Shown: positions 30,577 to 40,973, counted from the stretch's first letter. The stretch: DNA of 50,837 bases from Promethearchaeota archaeon (GCA_048938855.1 JBHLLT010000008.1:61971-112807), one strand, 5' to 3'. The notes: generated by a model not told the origin, from the sequence alone. Numbers and translations are program-made.

Positions 30577-31686
30577 ATGACTGTTAAAACATTTCAAGAC
30601 TTGATAATGGAGGTCCATGAGAGGGGTATATGCCAAGAATGCGGTGGATGTGTAAGTTTTTGCAGTTCTGCTGAATATGATATCATAGGATTTACAAAAC
30701 CGTACTCACCTCCAGAATATATTAATGAAGATCAATGTCTCGAATGTGGTATTTGTTATTATATATGTCCGCAAACTCATATTTCAGATAAAGATCTTAA
30801 CAGAGAGTATAATTTCTCAGATTTTTCTTCCATGCCACTAGGGTTTGTGGAAAAAATTTACTCCTGTCAAGCAACAGATCCTGAATTTTTAGAATATGGA
30901 ACTGATGGGGGTGTTGTTAATTCTATCATAAATTATATGATAGAGAAAAAGTTAATAGATGGATCAATTGTCTCTAAAATTGATGCTCCATTCTCAAGAC
31001 AAGCTATGTTTGCTGACAAAAAAGAAGATTTAATTAAGGCATCAGGAACTAAACTCGATATATCTTCACATCTTGATGAGATACAAAAATTTTGCACTTA
31101 TACACGTTCTATTCCAAAATTAAACCAATATAAATCTAAAAAATTAGCTGTTGTGGGTACACCATGTCAAATCTATACCATTCGTTCTATGCAGAGTTTA
31201 GGTGTCACTCCTTCAGAAAATATAGAAATTTGTCTAGGATTATTTTGTTATGAGAATTTTCTTTTTGATCGAACCCAAATAAGAAAATTTGAAAAGGATT
31301 TTAACATTAAACTCGAGGATATTAAAAAGATTAATATTAAGGAAGATGTAATTTTAAGATTAAAAAGTAAAGGAACTGGAGAGAAAATAGTTCATGTTCC
31401 TTTCAGTCATTTAGCAGATTACATGCGTAATGCATGTAAAGCTTGTAAAGATTTAACAAATATTTATTCAGATATTTCTTTTGGTGGGTTGGGATCTCCC
31501 GAAAAATACACTACAGTAATTCCTCGTACTGAAAAAGGAAAGCAGTTATTTAATAGAATCCGTGATGAAAAAATAATAACATGCTTAGAATTTGATCCTA
31601 TAAAGGAAAAAAAAATGAAAGAAATAATAATTCACATGTCACACCTGAAAATAAAACGATACGAGGACTTTGTTAAAATAATATAA
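30577..31686 (+). CDS. FrhB/FdhB-family protein
   Basis: CQECGGCVSFC, CLECGICYYICP, TDGGVV, VGTPC, LGLFCYE, CKACKD, SDISFGGLGS. Confidence 0.9.
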   Translation: MTVKTFQDLIMEVHERGICQECGGCVSFCSSAEYDIIGFTKPYSPPEYINEDQCLECGICYYICPQTHISDKDLNREYNFSDFSSMPLGFVEKIYSCQATDPEFLEYGTDGGVVNSIINYMIEKKLIDGSIVSKIDAPFSRQAMFADKKEDLIKASGTKLDISSHLDEIQKFCTYTRSIPKLNQYKSKKLAVVGTPCQIYTIRSMQSLGVTPSENIEICLGLFCYENFLFDRTQIRKFEKDFNIKLEDIKKINIKEDVILRLKSKGTGEKIVHVPFSHLADYMRNACKACKDLTNIYSDISFGGLGSPEKYTTVIPRTEKGKQLFNRIRDEKIITCLEFDPIKEKKMKEIIIHMSHLKIKRYEDFVKII

Positions 31687-31890
31687 CAAATTTGTCTAAA
31701 GAGCGAAATGCTGTATTTTATGATTCTTTACTTATTTAAAATAAAAAAAAAGAATAATAATTATTAAACGTTTTAAGAAATAAGATTTTGAGAAAACTTT
31801 AGAATTGGAATTTTGTTAATATTACCAATAAATAATCATGATTGATACAGATTAGATATACCTAATTGAATTAAAATTTCAGAAGTAAGA

Positions 31891-33171
31891 GTGATAACAA
31901 TTACAGAAACAGAAAAAATGAAAACATCTGGAAAAAAGAAGGATGAAAATAGTGCTTATCTAGAAAAGATTTATAACTCGAATTTACGTGATATGTTAAA
32001 GCGTTGTTATCAGTGTGCTCGCTGCTCAGGAATATGTCAATTAAGTAAAGTTCAGACATTTACTCCAAGTCGAATTATACAATTGATATTAGAAGGTTTT
32101 GAAGATAAAGTTATTGAAAGTGGAATATTATGGGATTGTTTAACTTGTAATGCATGCCTTCAAAATTGCCCTGAGGGAATAAATTTTGCAGATATTGTAA
32201 GAATGGCAAAATATAAAATGCGAGAATCCTATAATCAAAATCCAGATGAATATATTGCCCATAAAGGTGTGTATACTACTATTTCAGAAATTATGAGTGA
32301 ATCTCATATAAATCCGGAAAGATCACTGGATTGGGTTCCTAAAGGATGTGAAATTTCAACACACGGTAATATAATGTATTATGTTGGATGCTTGCCCTAT
32401 TTTAATTTTGAGTTTGAAAATTCAAATTCTATAGCAGAAAGTACGTTAAAAATACTCTGTCAAATTGAAAAAGAATCAATCGTGGTTCTTCAAGACGAAA
32501 TTTGTTGTGGACATGATCTCTATTGGGGACAGGGAAAACTTAATGAATTCATAAATTTGGGAAAAAGGAATATAAAAAGAATTGAAGAGACTGGGGTAAA
32601 AACGATAATTACAGCTTGCGCAGAATGTTATAGAACCCTTAAAGTAGATTACCCTAGTATCTTTGAAGATTTTAAGGAAAAATTTGTGGTTAAACATCTG
32701 ATCGAATACATTTATGAAAACTGGAAATCTCACAAGATTGAATTTAAGAATCCGTCTCAAAAAGAAGAACTCATCCCTTTTACCTATCATGATCCATGTC
32801 GTTTAAGTAGATTTTTACCTAAAGATAGTAATATTATTGAAAATGTACGTGAGATTTTCTCTCATTTAAAAGAAATTGGATATAAATTTAACGAAATGGC
32901 ACACAATAAAACTGATGCTTTGTGCTGTGGAGTAAGTTCATGGATGAATTGTAATGATCGTTCAAAAGCATTGCGTTACAAAAGATTATTGGAAGCAAAA
33001 GACGCAGGTGAGATAATGGTCACTTCTTGTCCTAAATGTAAAATGCATTTATCTTGTTTGCAGAATGATTATGAAGATATATCCTCAATTGAAATAGTGG
33101 ATTTTTCTGAATTTTTGGTGAATTTAATAAAAATTGTTGATTCTAACCAAAAAGTGGAGGGAGAAAAGTAA
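31891..33171 (+). CDS. HdrD-like Fe-S oxidoreductase (HdrC-type ferredoxin plus two CCG domains)
   Basis: CYQCARCSGIC, WDCLTCNACLQNCP, YYVGC, EICCG, TACAEC, YHDPC, LCCG, TSCPKC. Confidence 0.9.
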   Translation: MITITETEKMKTSGKKKDENSAYLEKIYNSNLRDMLKRCYQCARCSGICQLSKVQTFTPSRIIQLILEGFEDKVIESGILWDCLTCNACLQNCPEGINFADIVRMAKYKMRESYNQNPDEYIAHKGVYTTISEIMSESHINPERSLDWVPKGCEISTHGNIMYYVGCLPYFNFEFENSNSIAESTLKILCQIEKESIVVLQDEICCGHDLYWGQGKLNEFINLGKRNIKRIEETGVKTIITACAECYRTLKVDYPSIFEDFKEKFVVKHLIEYIYENWKSHKIEFKNPSQKEELIPFTYHDPCRLSRFLPKDSNIIENVREIFSHLKEIGYKFNEMAHNKTDALCCGVSSWMNCNDRSKALRYKRLLEAKDAGEIMVTSCPKCKMHLSCLQNDYEDISSIEIVDFSEFLVNLIKIVDSNQKVEGEK

Positions 33172-36100
33172 TGGAAGGGTCAGTATTAGTAATTGGTGGA
33201 GGGATAGCAGGAATTCAAATTTCCCTTGATCTCACCGAATTAGGATTCAAAGTGTATTTAGTAGAAAAATCTCCTTCTATTGGAGGAAGAATGTCTCAAT
33301 TAGATAAAACATTTCCAACATTAGATTGTTCTTTATGTATCTTGGCTCCTAAGATGGTAGAGGTGTTTAGAAATCCCAACATAGAATTAATGACTTACCA
33401 TGAAGTTCTTAATATTAGTGGTAAACCGGGCAATTTTACCGCAAAAATCTTAAAGAAACCTCGGTATATTGATGAGACCAAATGTAAGGGTTGTGGAGAA
33501 TGTAGTAATAAATGTCCTAAAATTCTTGCTCCAAATCCTTTTGAAATGAATATTGGCAAAAGAAAATCAGTTTATATCCCTTTTCCTCAAGCAGTACCTC
33601 CCATTTATTTAATTGATTCAGAAATGTGCCTTTATTTAAAGAAAGGAGTATGTCAAGTATGTAAAAAAGTTTGTCCTGCTGATGCTATAGATTTTGAGCA
33701 GCAACCAGAAGAATTTAATATTAAAGTTGGAGCAGTAGTGGTTGCAACAGGTTTTCAAATGCCTGCTGAAGAATTATCGTCAAGATGGGGATATAGATTT
33801 GAAAACGTTATAAGTGCGCTTGAATATGAAAGGATATTATGTGCATCTGGACCATTTGGAGGTCATGTTATGAGATTAAGTGATGAGAAGGAACCTGAAG
33901 TGATTGCATTTGTTCAATGTGCAGGTTCGAGAGATCTTCATGAAAATGTACCTTTTTGTTCAAGTGTATGTTGCACATATACTGCAAAACAGGCAATTAT
34001 TACACAAGAACATTCAAAAAATTCAAAATGTTACATATTTCGACATGATATTCGTGCTTATGGAAAGAATTTTTATGAATTTACGCAAAGAGCTCAGGAT
34101 GAATATGGTGTAAAATATTTTCAATCCAAAATAAGTAAAATTGAAGAAGATCCTGAAACGCAGGATTTATTCATACATTATGAAGATTTAAAAACTGGAG
34201 AATTTAAAGATTTCCGAGCAAATTTGGTAGTTTTAGCATCACCATTGGTTCCCTCAAAAGGAGTTCAAGAATTATCGAATTCTTTAGGAATTGAGTTGGA
34301 TAAATATAACTTCTTTCAAGAAAAATCTTATTTTGATAAATTAAAATCCTCTAAAGATGGAATTTATTTATGTGGATTTTGTCAAGGTCCAATGGACATC
34401 CCAGAAACAGTTGCAAATGCTAGTGGAGTAGCAGCTGAGATTGCTGATTTATTAAATTCCGTGAAATATACACAAATGAAAGAAAAAACTGTGGATGTAC
34501 CTGAAAAAGAAGTAAAAATAACAGATGAGCCTAGAATTGGAGTAATGGTCTGCCATTGTGGAATAAATATAGGAAATTATGTGGATGTACCAAGAGTTGT
34601 AGAATATGTTAGCAAATTACCAAATGTAGTAGTATGCGAAGCTAATCTATACTCATGTTCTTCTGATTCTCAAATTAGGATTAAACAATTAATTGCTGAA
34701 CATAATTTAAATCGATTTATTGTAGCATCATGCACACCTAGAACTCATGAATCATTATTCCAAGAAACTTGCCAAGAAGCAGGAATGAATAAATATCTAT
34801 TTGAACTTGTAAATATTCGAGATCAATGCTCATGGGTTCATATGACAGAAAAAGAAGCAGCTACCAAAAAAGCGATGGATTTAATCCGTATGAATATTGC
34901 TAAATCAAAATTATTAAAACCACAGAAAGAAGATAAGATTGACATTACCCATTCAGCATTAGTTATCGGTGGAGGTGTTTCAGGTATGACTGCCGCATTA
35001 AATACAGCTAATCAAGGATTTAGTACTATTCTTGTTGAAAAAGAAAGTGAATTAGGTGGGAACCTAAAATTCTTGAATATATTATATCCAGTTCATAAAA
35101 ATGCTTTAGAATTATTAAATGAATTAAAACAGAAGATTGAGAAAAATAGCAATATTCAAGTATTCTTAAATGCGGGAATTAAAAATGTTAAAGGTTATGT
35201 TGGAAATTATGATGTAGCAATTAATGATTCAGATAATAAAATCCATGATGTAAAGATTGGGACAATAATTGTTGCTACAGGAGGGCAAGAATATAAACCA
35301 GTTAACCTTTTTGAATATAGTGATAAAAATGATAACGTTATGACTCAATTAGAGTTAGAACAGAAATTAAAAAATAAAGGCCATTCATGGTTAGATAAAA
35401 TAAAGCGAGTTACCTTCATTTTGTGCGTAAATGCGAGACAAAATGAAGGAATAACTTATTGTTCAAATATTTGCTGTGCAATCTCGATGAAAAATGTTAG
35501 AATTCTAAAAGAATTGAAACCGGAATTAGAAATTGTTGTAATTTATAGAGATTTACAAATGGCTAAGAAAGAATTCGAGGAATATTATCGTGAGCGACGA
35601 AAAGATGCGATATTCCTTAGATACGACCTGGATAACCTCCCAGAAGTAATAAAGTCAAATAATTCTCCCGAAAACTATCAGATTAAAGTATTTGATACAA
35701 ACCTTAAAGACTATATTAATTATGAAACAGATTTGTTAATATTAGCAACGCCTATGATTCCTGCTGATAATTTAAAGGAATTGGCTATGATGTTAAAGGT
35801 CCCATTAGATAAAAATGGGTTTTTCTTAGAAGCGCATGTTAAATTGCGACCTTTAGATTTTGCTACAGATGGTATTTTCTTATGTGGGTGTGCTCAATGG
35901 CCAAAGAACATTCAAGATTCAGTTGCACAGGCTAATGGTGCTGCAGGTAGAGCAAGTAGATTCCTTAGTGCTGAAAAAATAACTACATCAGGGTTAGTAG
36001 CTGAAGTTTTAGAAGAGAAATGCATTGGTTGTGGAAAATGTGAAGATGTATGTCCCTATAAAGCAATCACACTTTTAGAAATATCCAAGGATTTTGAAGA

Positions 36101-36278
36101 CATAAGTATTAAAGTCAAGAAGTCTAATATTAATGCAGCTGTATGCAAAGGTTGTGGAACTTGTGCTGCGACATGCCCTGTCGGTGCTATTATGGTAAAA
36201 CATTATGATTTTGATCAAATTTCTACGATGATTGATTCTTATTTATTAGAAAAGGAGGAAGTTAAGAACGGTTTTTAG
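33171..36278 (+). CDS. hdrA: Large HdrA-like flavoprotein with two FAD modules, all-Cys
   Basis: GGGIAG and GGGVSG; FPTLDCSLCILAPKM; internal RIGVMVCHCGINI, YSCS, ASCTPRTHE; C-terminal ferredoxin motifs. Confidence 0.92.
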   Translation: MEGSVLVIGGGIAGIQISLDLTELGFKVYLVEKSPSIGGRMSQLDKTFPTLDCSLCILAPKMVEVFRNPNIELMTYHEVLNISGKPGNFTAKILKKPRYIDETKCKGCGECSNKCPKILAPNPFEMNIGKRKSVYIPFPQAVPPIYLIDSEMCLYLKKGVCQVCKKVCPADAIDFEQQPEEFNIKVGAVVVATGFQMPAEELSSRWGYRFENVISALEYERILCASGPFGGHVMRLSDEKEPEVIAFVQCAGSRDLHENVPFCSSVCCTYTAKQAIITQEHSKNSKCYIFRHDIRAYGKNFYEFTQRAQDEYGVKYFQSKISKIEEDPETQDLFIHYEDLKTGEFKDFRANLVVLASPLVPSKGVQELSNSLGIELDKYNFFQEKSYFDKLKSSKDGIYLCGFCQGPMDIPETVANASGVAAEIADLLNSVKYTQMKEKTVDVPEKEVKITDEPRIGVMVCHCGINIGNYVDVPRVVEYVSKLPNVVVCEANLYSCSSDSQIRIKQLIAEHNLNRFIVASCTPRTHESLFQETCQEAGMNKYLFELVNIRDQCSWVHMTEKEAATKKAMDLIRMNIAKSKLLKPQKEDKIDITHSALVIGGGVSGMTAALNTANQGFSTILVEKESELGGNLKFLNILYPVHKNALELLNELKQKIEKNSNIQVFLNAGIKNVKGYVGNYDVAINDSDNKIHDVKIGTIIVATGGQEYKPVNLFEYSDKNDNVMTQLELEQKLKNKGHSWLDKIKRVTFILCVNARQNEGITYCSNICCAISMKNVRILKELKPELEIVVIYRDLQMAKKEFEEYYRERRKDAIFLRYDLDNLPEVIKSNNSPENYQIKVFDTNLKDYINYETDLLILATPMIPADNLKELAMMLKVPLDKNGFFLEAHVKLRPLDFATDGIFLCGCAQWPKNIQDSVAQANGAAGRASRFLSAEKITTSGLVAEVLEEKCIGCGKCEDVCPYKAITLLEISKDFEDISIKVKKSNINAAVCKGCGTCAATCPVGAIMVKHYDFDQISTMIDSYLLEKEEVKNGF

Positions 36279-36287
36279 GTGAATATC

Positions 36288-36722
36288 ATGTCAAAGGCCA
36301 AAGAGAAAGCAAAAGAAAAAGATTTTAAACCAAATATTTTAGTATTTTGCTGTAATTGGTGTAGTTATGCTGGAGCAGATTTAGCGGGAGTTTCTCGATT
36401 TCAATATCCCCCAAATATTAGAATTATAAGAGTTATGTGTTCTGGGAGAGTAGATCCCTCATTTATTTTGAAAGCTTTTAAAAATGGTGCTGATGGTGTA
36501 CTAATAAGCGGATGCCATATTGGGGATTGTCATTATATAACTGGAAATGAATATACTCAGAAAAGATTCGAAAGATTACATAATATTTTAATAAAGCAAA
36601 TGGGAATCAATCCAAAAAGATTAAGATTAGAATGGGTAAGTGCTTCCGAAGGCAAGAGATTTGCTGAAGTAATAACAGAATTTACCAACCAAATTAAAGA
36701 ATTAGGCCCCTTCAATTATTAA
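36288..36722 (+). CDS. mvhD: MvhD [2Fe-2S] subunit, all-Cys
   Basis: FCCNWCSYAGADLAG, RVMCSGRVD, GADGV..GCHIGDCHY, WVSASEG; AGGTGA SD 5 nt before the ATG. Confidence 0.95.
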   Translation: MSKAKEKAKEKDFKPNILVFCCNWCSYAGADLAGVSRFQYPPNIRIIRVMCSGRVDPSFILKAFKNGADGVLISGCHIGDCHYITGNEYTQKRFERLHNILIKQMGINPKRLRLEWVSASEGKRFAEVITEFTNQIKELGPFNY

Positions 36723-36830
36723 ATTCTTTATAAAATCATTGAGTGTAATTTCTGCAGTTTTTTATATAAACCTAAAAAAGATAGCTGTATATAATTAAAG
36801 GAAGTTAATTTATATTTTAATGGTTGAAAA

Positions 36831-37400
36831 ATGGAAAAAAAGAGATTATCAAAACCAAGAACTCTATTATATCCAATGCCAATAATTATTGTAGGATCCA
36901 TGGTTGATGGAAAGCCAAATTATTGTACAATTGCATTCTGTGGAGTTGTAAACCTTACTCCACCTATGATTTCAATTGAATCCGGTCCAAGTCATCATAC
37001 AACAAAAGGTATTGTTAATAATATGGAATTCAGTATAAATATCCCTTCATTAGAAATGGTCGAAACTGTAGACTTTATCGGTATCAAATCAGGTAAAGAT
37101 ATCGACAAGTCTGAAATTTTTGAATCATTTTTTGGAGATTTAAAGAATGCCCCATTAATAAGTGAAGCAAGCGTTAATCATGCATGTAACGTCATTAAGA
37201 TTGTTGAACTTGCAAATAGAAAAGATCTATATATCGGGCAAATAATTAATACGTATGTCAGTGAAGATTGTCTAACAGATAAGCTTCCAGATATAAAAAA
37301 AATAAATCCTATAATATATTCTGCTTCGAATAGAACTTATTGGAGTTTAGGTCAAGAGGTTGGTAAAGCATATAAAATTGGAAGGAATTACGAAAAATAA
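36831..37400 (+). CDS. Flavin reductase-like protein (flavoredoxin family)
   Basis: LYPMP, GKPN, HHTTKGI, FSINIPS, GIKSGKDIDKS, APLI, YWSLG..VGKA. Confidence 0.88.
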   Translation: MEKKRLSKPRTLLYPMPIIIVGSMVDGKPNYCTIAFCGVVNLTPPMISIESGPSHHTTKGIVNNMEFSINIPSLEMVETVDFIGIKSGKDIDKSEIFESFFGDLKNAPLISEASVNHACNVIKIVELANRKDLYIGQIINTYVSEDCLTDKLPDIKKINPIIYSASNRTYWSLGQEVGKAYKIGRNYEK

Positions 37401-37471
37401 GGATTTTGATGGTTGAAGAATGTTTAAATTAATTTTTTATTAAACATATTTGAGTAGTCCAATTAACCTCA

Positions 37472-37729
37472 TTAAATAAGACTTTCAAAAATACTCACAC
37501 GTTTATCTATCTTATCCTTAAATCTTCTGATAAAACCTTTTTCTTGTAAACTTCTTAAAGCATACGCAACGGTTCTTTTAGGTAACAATGTTTTTTTTAT
37601 AATTTCTTTTTCTTTCAGTGGACCTCGTTGTTTTATCAAATATAATATGAATTTACTTGATGGAGATAATGATATTAAATCCATTTTCTTTTCATAAGAC
37701 GAAACGGAATAGTAATCTTCAACAATCAT
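37472..37729 (-). CDS. MarR-like winged-helix DNA-binding protein
   Basis: LSPSSKFILY..GPL..EII..TLLPKRTVAYALRSL..KGFI..DKR. Confidence 0.8.
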   Translation of the reverse strand: MIVEDYYSVSSYEKKMDLISLSPSSKFILYLIKQRGPLKEKEIIKKTLLPKRTVAYALRSLQEKGFIRRFKDKIDKRVSIFESLI

Positions 37730-37932
37730 ATTTATACACTTTTGAAATAATAATATTTTTTAAAATGGTACCCAATTAAAAAAAACTACTTTCCTATATA
37801 ATGTTTATTAACGCTGGGTTAATTTAAACGATTAAACTAGTCTTAGTTTCATTCTTATACTAGTTTTATTATAAAGTTTCAATTTTAAACTTCATAATGA
37901 TGTGGAGAAAAGATGCTATAATATGATTAATT

Positions 37933-38496
37933 TTAAAAATTTCCGCACCCATCGCATTCACCGTCTAAATAAGCTTCACAATCTTTACAGATGTTACCAC
38001 ATTCAGTTTCTTGGCTTTTTTTATTAAAAAGATATAAAGGTAGATATTCCGGGGCTTCAAGATTTGATACAAATAAAATTTCAGAATGTAAGATTCCTTC
38101 TTTGTTAGTTGGTCCACAGTGGTTAATATATCTATGAAGAACATCTATATTTTGACCTATTATTCCCATTATCAAGTTATATCTTCCTGTAATTTGAGCT
38201 AGTAAAAAGACTCTTGGACATTTAGAATATGAATTAATTATTTTTCTAAGTTCATCATAATTTTTCATTTCTAAAAGAATTATACTAGCTTTATATTTAA
38301 GGGCTTTAATATTGATGTTTCCCTGTATTCTAAGTATTTCTGAATCTTCCAATTTTTTAATTCTTTTTCTTACACCAGCATGACTCATGATATCCTTATC
38401 TGATTTAAACACTTTTTCACCTAAACTAATTAGACTTTCACGTCCTTTTTCATATAAAGCGTTAATAATTTGCTTATCAATGTTATCTAGTCCCAT
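37933..38496 (-). CDS. Lrp/AsnC regulator with Cys-rich C-terminal tail
   Basis: LDNIDKQII..GR.SL, VRKRIKKL, ITGRYNL; tail CGNICKDC..CDGC. Confidence 0.88.
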   Translation of the reverse strand: MGLDNIDKQIINALYEKGRESLISLGEKVFKSDKDIMSHAGVRKRIKKLEDSEILRIQGNINIKALKYKASIILLEMKNYDELRKIINSYSKCPRVFLLAQITGRYNLIMGIIGQNIDVLHRYINHCGPTNKEGILHSEILFVSNLEAPEYLPLYLFNKKSQETECGNICKDCEAYLDGECDGCGNF

Positions 38497-38759
38497 AATA
38501 TAAATATTAGAATTCTTCCCATAAAAAAGTACAAGTAAAATAATAAAAAAAGGAGCCTAATTTATCTCTCTATTAGATAATTCTTTTACTCCCTTTTTTC
38601 TATACTACCTCTATGATAAACCTTTCTATAAATTTGAGAATTGAAAAATATGCAAAATTTGCCCTTATATTTAAAAACCACCTCACCTAAAATTAATTTC
38701 AATTCCATTTAATATATCTAAAGGAAGATAAATAATAATTTATGTTAAAGTGAAATCTA

Positions 38760-39299
38760 TTGAAAATTGGAAAAATTTTAATCGTTATAGGTGCGATAAT
38801 AACTCTTCTATCAACTTTTTTATTTTCTTTAGCTCGGACAAATGGTGCTGATGGGCGCACATTTAGCTCTGGTATTGGTTTTTTGATTAATCTGCCAAGT
38901 ATATTTGGAAATATGGCTTATTGGCTTGCTTTTAATGGAGGAGAAGTAACACTTGAATATATAATGTCAATATTATTTATTATTTTTGTATTTTCAGGTG
39001 TAATACAATTGATAGGTTTAGCAAACAAGTATGTAGCATCTATTGGCTCGCTAATTGCTATAGCTTTCGGTATAACAATAATCACGTTTGTAGCCGTTGA
39101 TATCCCAGGTTGGGGCTTGAATCTATACTCTTCTTTATTTTGGGCTCCTCCAATCTCAAGTGGTATATTGCCACTTGACATTCCCGTAATGGCAGCCTCT
39201 GGCGCTTTTTATCAAAATCTTCAACTGGGTACTATTACTTTGATCGTTGGTGGTGGTGTAGGGCTGGTTGGAGGAATTTTAACTTTTAAGGATATATAA
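38760..39299 (+). CDS. Hypothetical membrane protein
   Basis: Four Gly-rich hydrophobic segments. Confidence 0.7.
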   Translation: MKIGKILIVIGAIITLLSTFLFSLARTNGADGRTFSSGIGFLINLPSIFGNMAYWLAFNGGEVTLEYIMSILFIIFVFSGVIQLIGLANKYVASIGSLIAIAFGITIITFVAVDIPGWGLNLYSSLFWAPPISSGILPLDIPVMAASGAFYQNLQLGTITLIVGGGVGLVGGILTFKDI

Positions 39300-39596
39300 A
39301 ATTCTTTTTTTTTTATTTATTTAAATTTTTTCTCAATTAATATTAGCTTTCATGAATAATTTCTATTTATTAAAATTCTCATTTTAAGATATAGTGCAAG
39401 GTTTGCATTTATTTTTATATATGAAATCATCAAATTTATGATTGAAAAGGAAATTAAATTATTCACTTTTTGATATGATGGCGCCCTTAAATAAAATTTA
39501 CGCTAAGTTGATTACCTCTTCCTAATACCTAAATAGAATAAATTTAATTCCTTTTTTCCTTTCTTATCTGAAGATTAAATTAAGATAAGTAAAGTG

Positions 39597-40547
39597 TTAT
39601 CTTATCGAATAATGTTCTGGCTCTGGATGAATTTTATTAACGAATTGTAAGTCAAATATGTCATGTTCTTCAAATAATTTATTAATATATCCCAGTTTAT
39701 AAAGAATCTTTACAAATTCCCTTGTAGCTTTTCTATAATCCTCTGAGAGAGAGATACAATATTTAGGGGATATTTTTAAAACTGCTTCTGCATATTTTTT
39801 GTCAATTATATTAAATGTTTTAGATATTTTCTCTGCAGCTAAAGATGGTGAATTCCGAAGTAGGGTAGAAGCATTTTTATGATAGATTAGAAATTTTAAA
39901 ATTAGATCTGGATGAGACTGAATAAGCTTTTCATGAGCAAATATTCCATAGCTAGGATTATTTGACCATAGATCCTTCGCATCAATAATTAAATGTGATT
40001 CCATAATCGTTGATGCAAAGACCGCTAAAGCAGGAGTTCCTACACCAGCCTCTAAAAGACCATCCCTCATATCTTTGGCTATAAATTCAGCTTGTCCATA
40101 ATTTTTTACAATAATTTCATTTGTCAAATTATTTTTTTCTAAAAAATAATTTAGAATAACATCATGAATAGACCCTTTACTTGGAACTCCTATCGCTTTG
40201 CCTTGAAATTGAGAAAAGACACTTTTTAATGTATTATCTAATTGTTTTTTTGTTTTATATTGCTTTTTAGCAATCATAATAGTTCCTTCAACATGACCTC
40301 CAGCTACACACTTAATTGGAACACCTTTAGCAATGCCTATAACCGCAGGAGGTAATCCCATATAACCAATATCTAACCGGTTATCTTTAAATGCTTTAAC
40401 CATGGCGGGTCCTGTTCCAAATAATTTCCAACTGACTTCTACTTTTAAATCCTTTTGTAAATCTTCATTTTCCATCAGAATATAATTAGTATGATATGCA
40501 GTTGATAAATGGCCAATAGTTAATTTATGTTCTTTAATTAGAATCAC
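39597..40547 (-). CDS. NMT1/SsuA-like substrate-binding-fold protein
   Basis: FGTGPAMV..LDIGYMGLPP, GKAIGVPSKGSIHDV, HPDLI..F; no signal peptide seen. Confidence 0.8.
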   Translation of the reverse strand: MILIKEHKLTIGHLSTAYHTNYILMENEDLQKDLKVEVSWKLFGTGPAMVKAFKDNRLDIGYMGLPPAVIGIAKGVPIKCVAGGHVEGTIMIAKKQYKTKKQLDNTLKSVFSQFQGKAIGVPSKGSIHDVILNYFLEKNNLTNEIIVKNYGQAEFIAKDMRDGLLEAGVGTPALAVFASTIMESHLIIDAKDLWSNNPSYGIFAHEKLIQSHPDLILKFLIYHKNASTLLRNSPSLAAEKISKTFNIIDKKYAEAVLKISPKYCISLSEDYRKATREFVKILYKLGYINKLFEEHDIFDLQFVNKIHPEPEHYSIR

Positions 40548-40685
40548 TTGATTGAATAATCTTTATCAGTAATAACAACTACAATATTTTTTAATTTTAT
40601 AATTCAAATAAATAAATGTTATATTTTTATAAAATTTCAAATTAATCTATCACAATTAGAAAATTGATTACAAAGGAATTTTAAA

Positions 40686-40973
40686 GTGACTAATATTAAA
40701 GCTTCATTTCTATCATTATTGGTAGATATAGTTGGTAAGGAAGAAATTACAATATCAATTATTGAAAACTCAACAATTAGAGACGTTCTAGTAAAACTTA
40801 GGTTATCAATAGGAAAAAATTTTGAAGAAAACATCTTCAATTTAAAAGACAAAGTAAATAAATACATTATTTTAGGCCTAAATGGGAAAGATATTCGTAA
40901 ATTTAATGGTTTAGATACCATCATTAAAGATGGGGATGAACTTTCTTTCTTACCTGCTATTGCTGGAGGTTAA
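40686..40973 (+). CDS. MoaD/ThiS/SAMP-like ubiquitin-fold sulfur carrier
   Basis: LNGKDIR..GLDT.IKDGDELSFLPAIAGG, ending in GG. Confidence 0.92.
   Translation: MTNIKASFLSLLVDIVGKEEITISIIENSTIRDVLVKLRLSIGKNFEENIFNLKDKVNKYIILGLNGKDIRKFNGLDTIIKDGDELSFLPAIAGG

Noticed and set aside
30560-30580. Sec readthrough fusing the two frhB-like genes
   Set aside because: The next gene is in another frame, a second TGA follows within six codons, and the position is not a Cys column.
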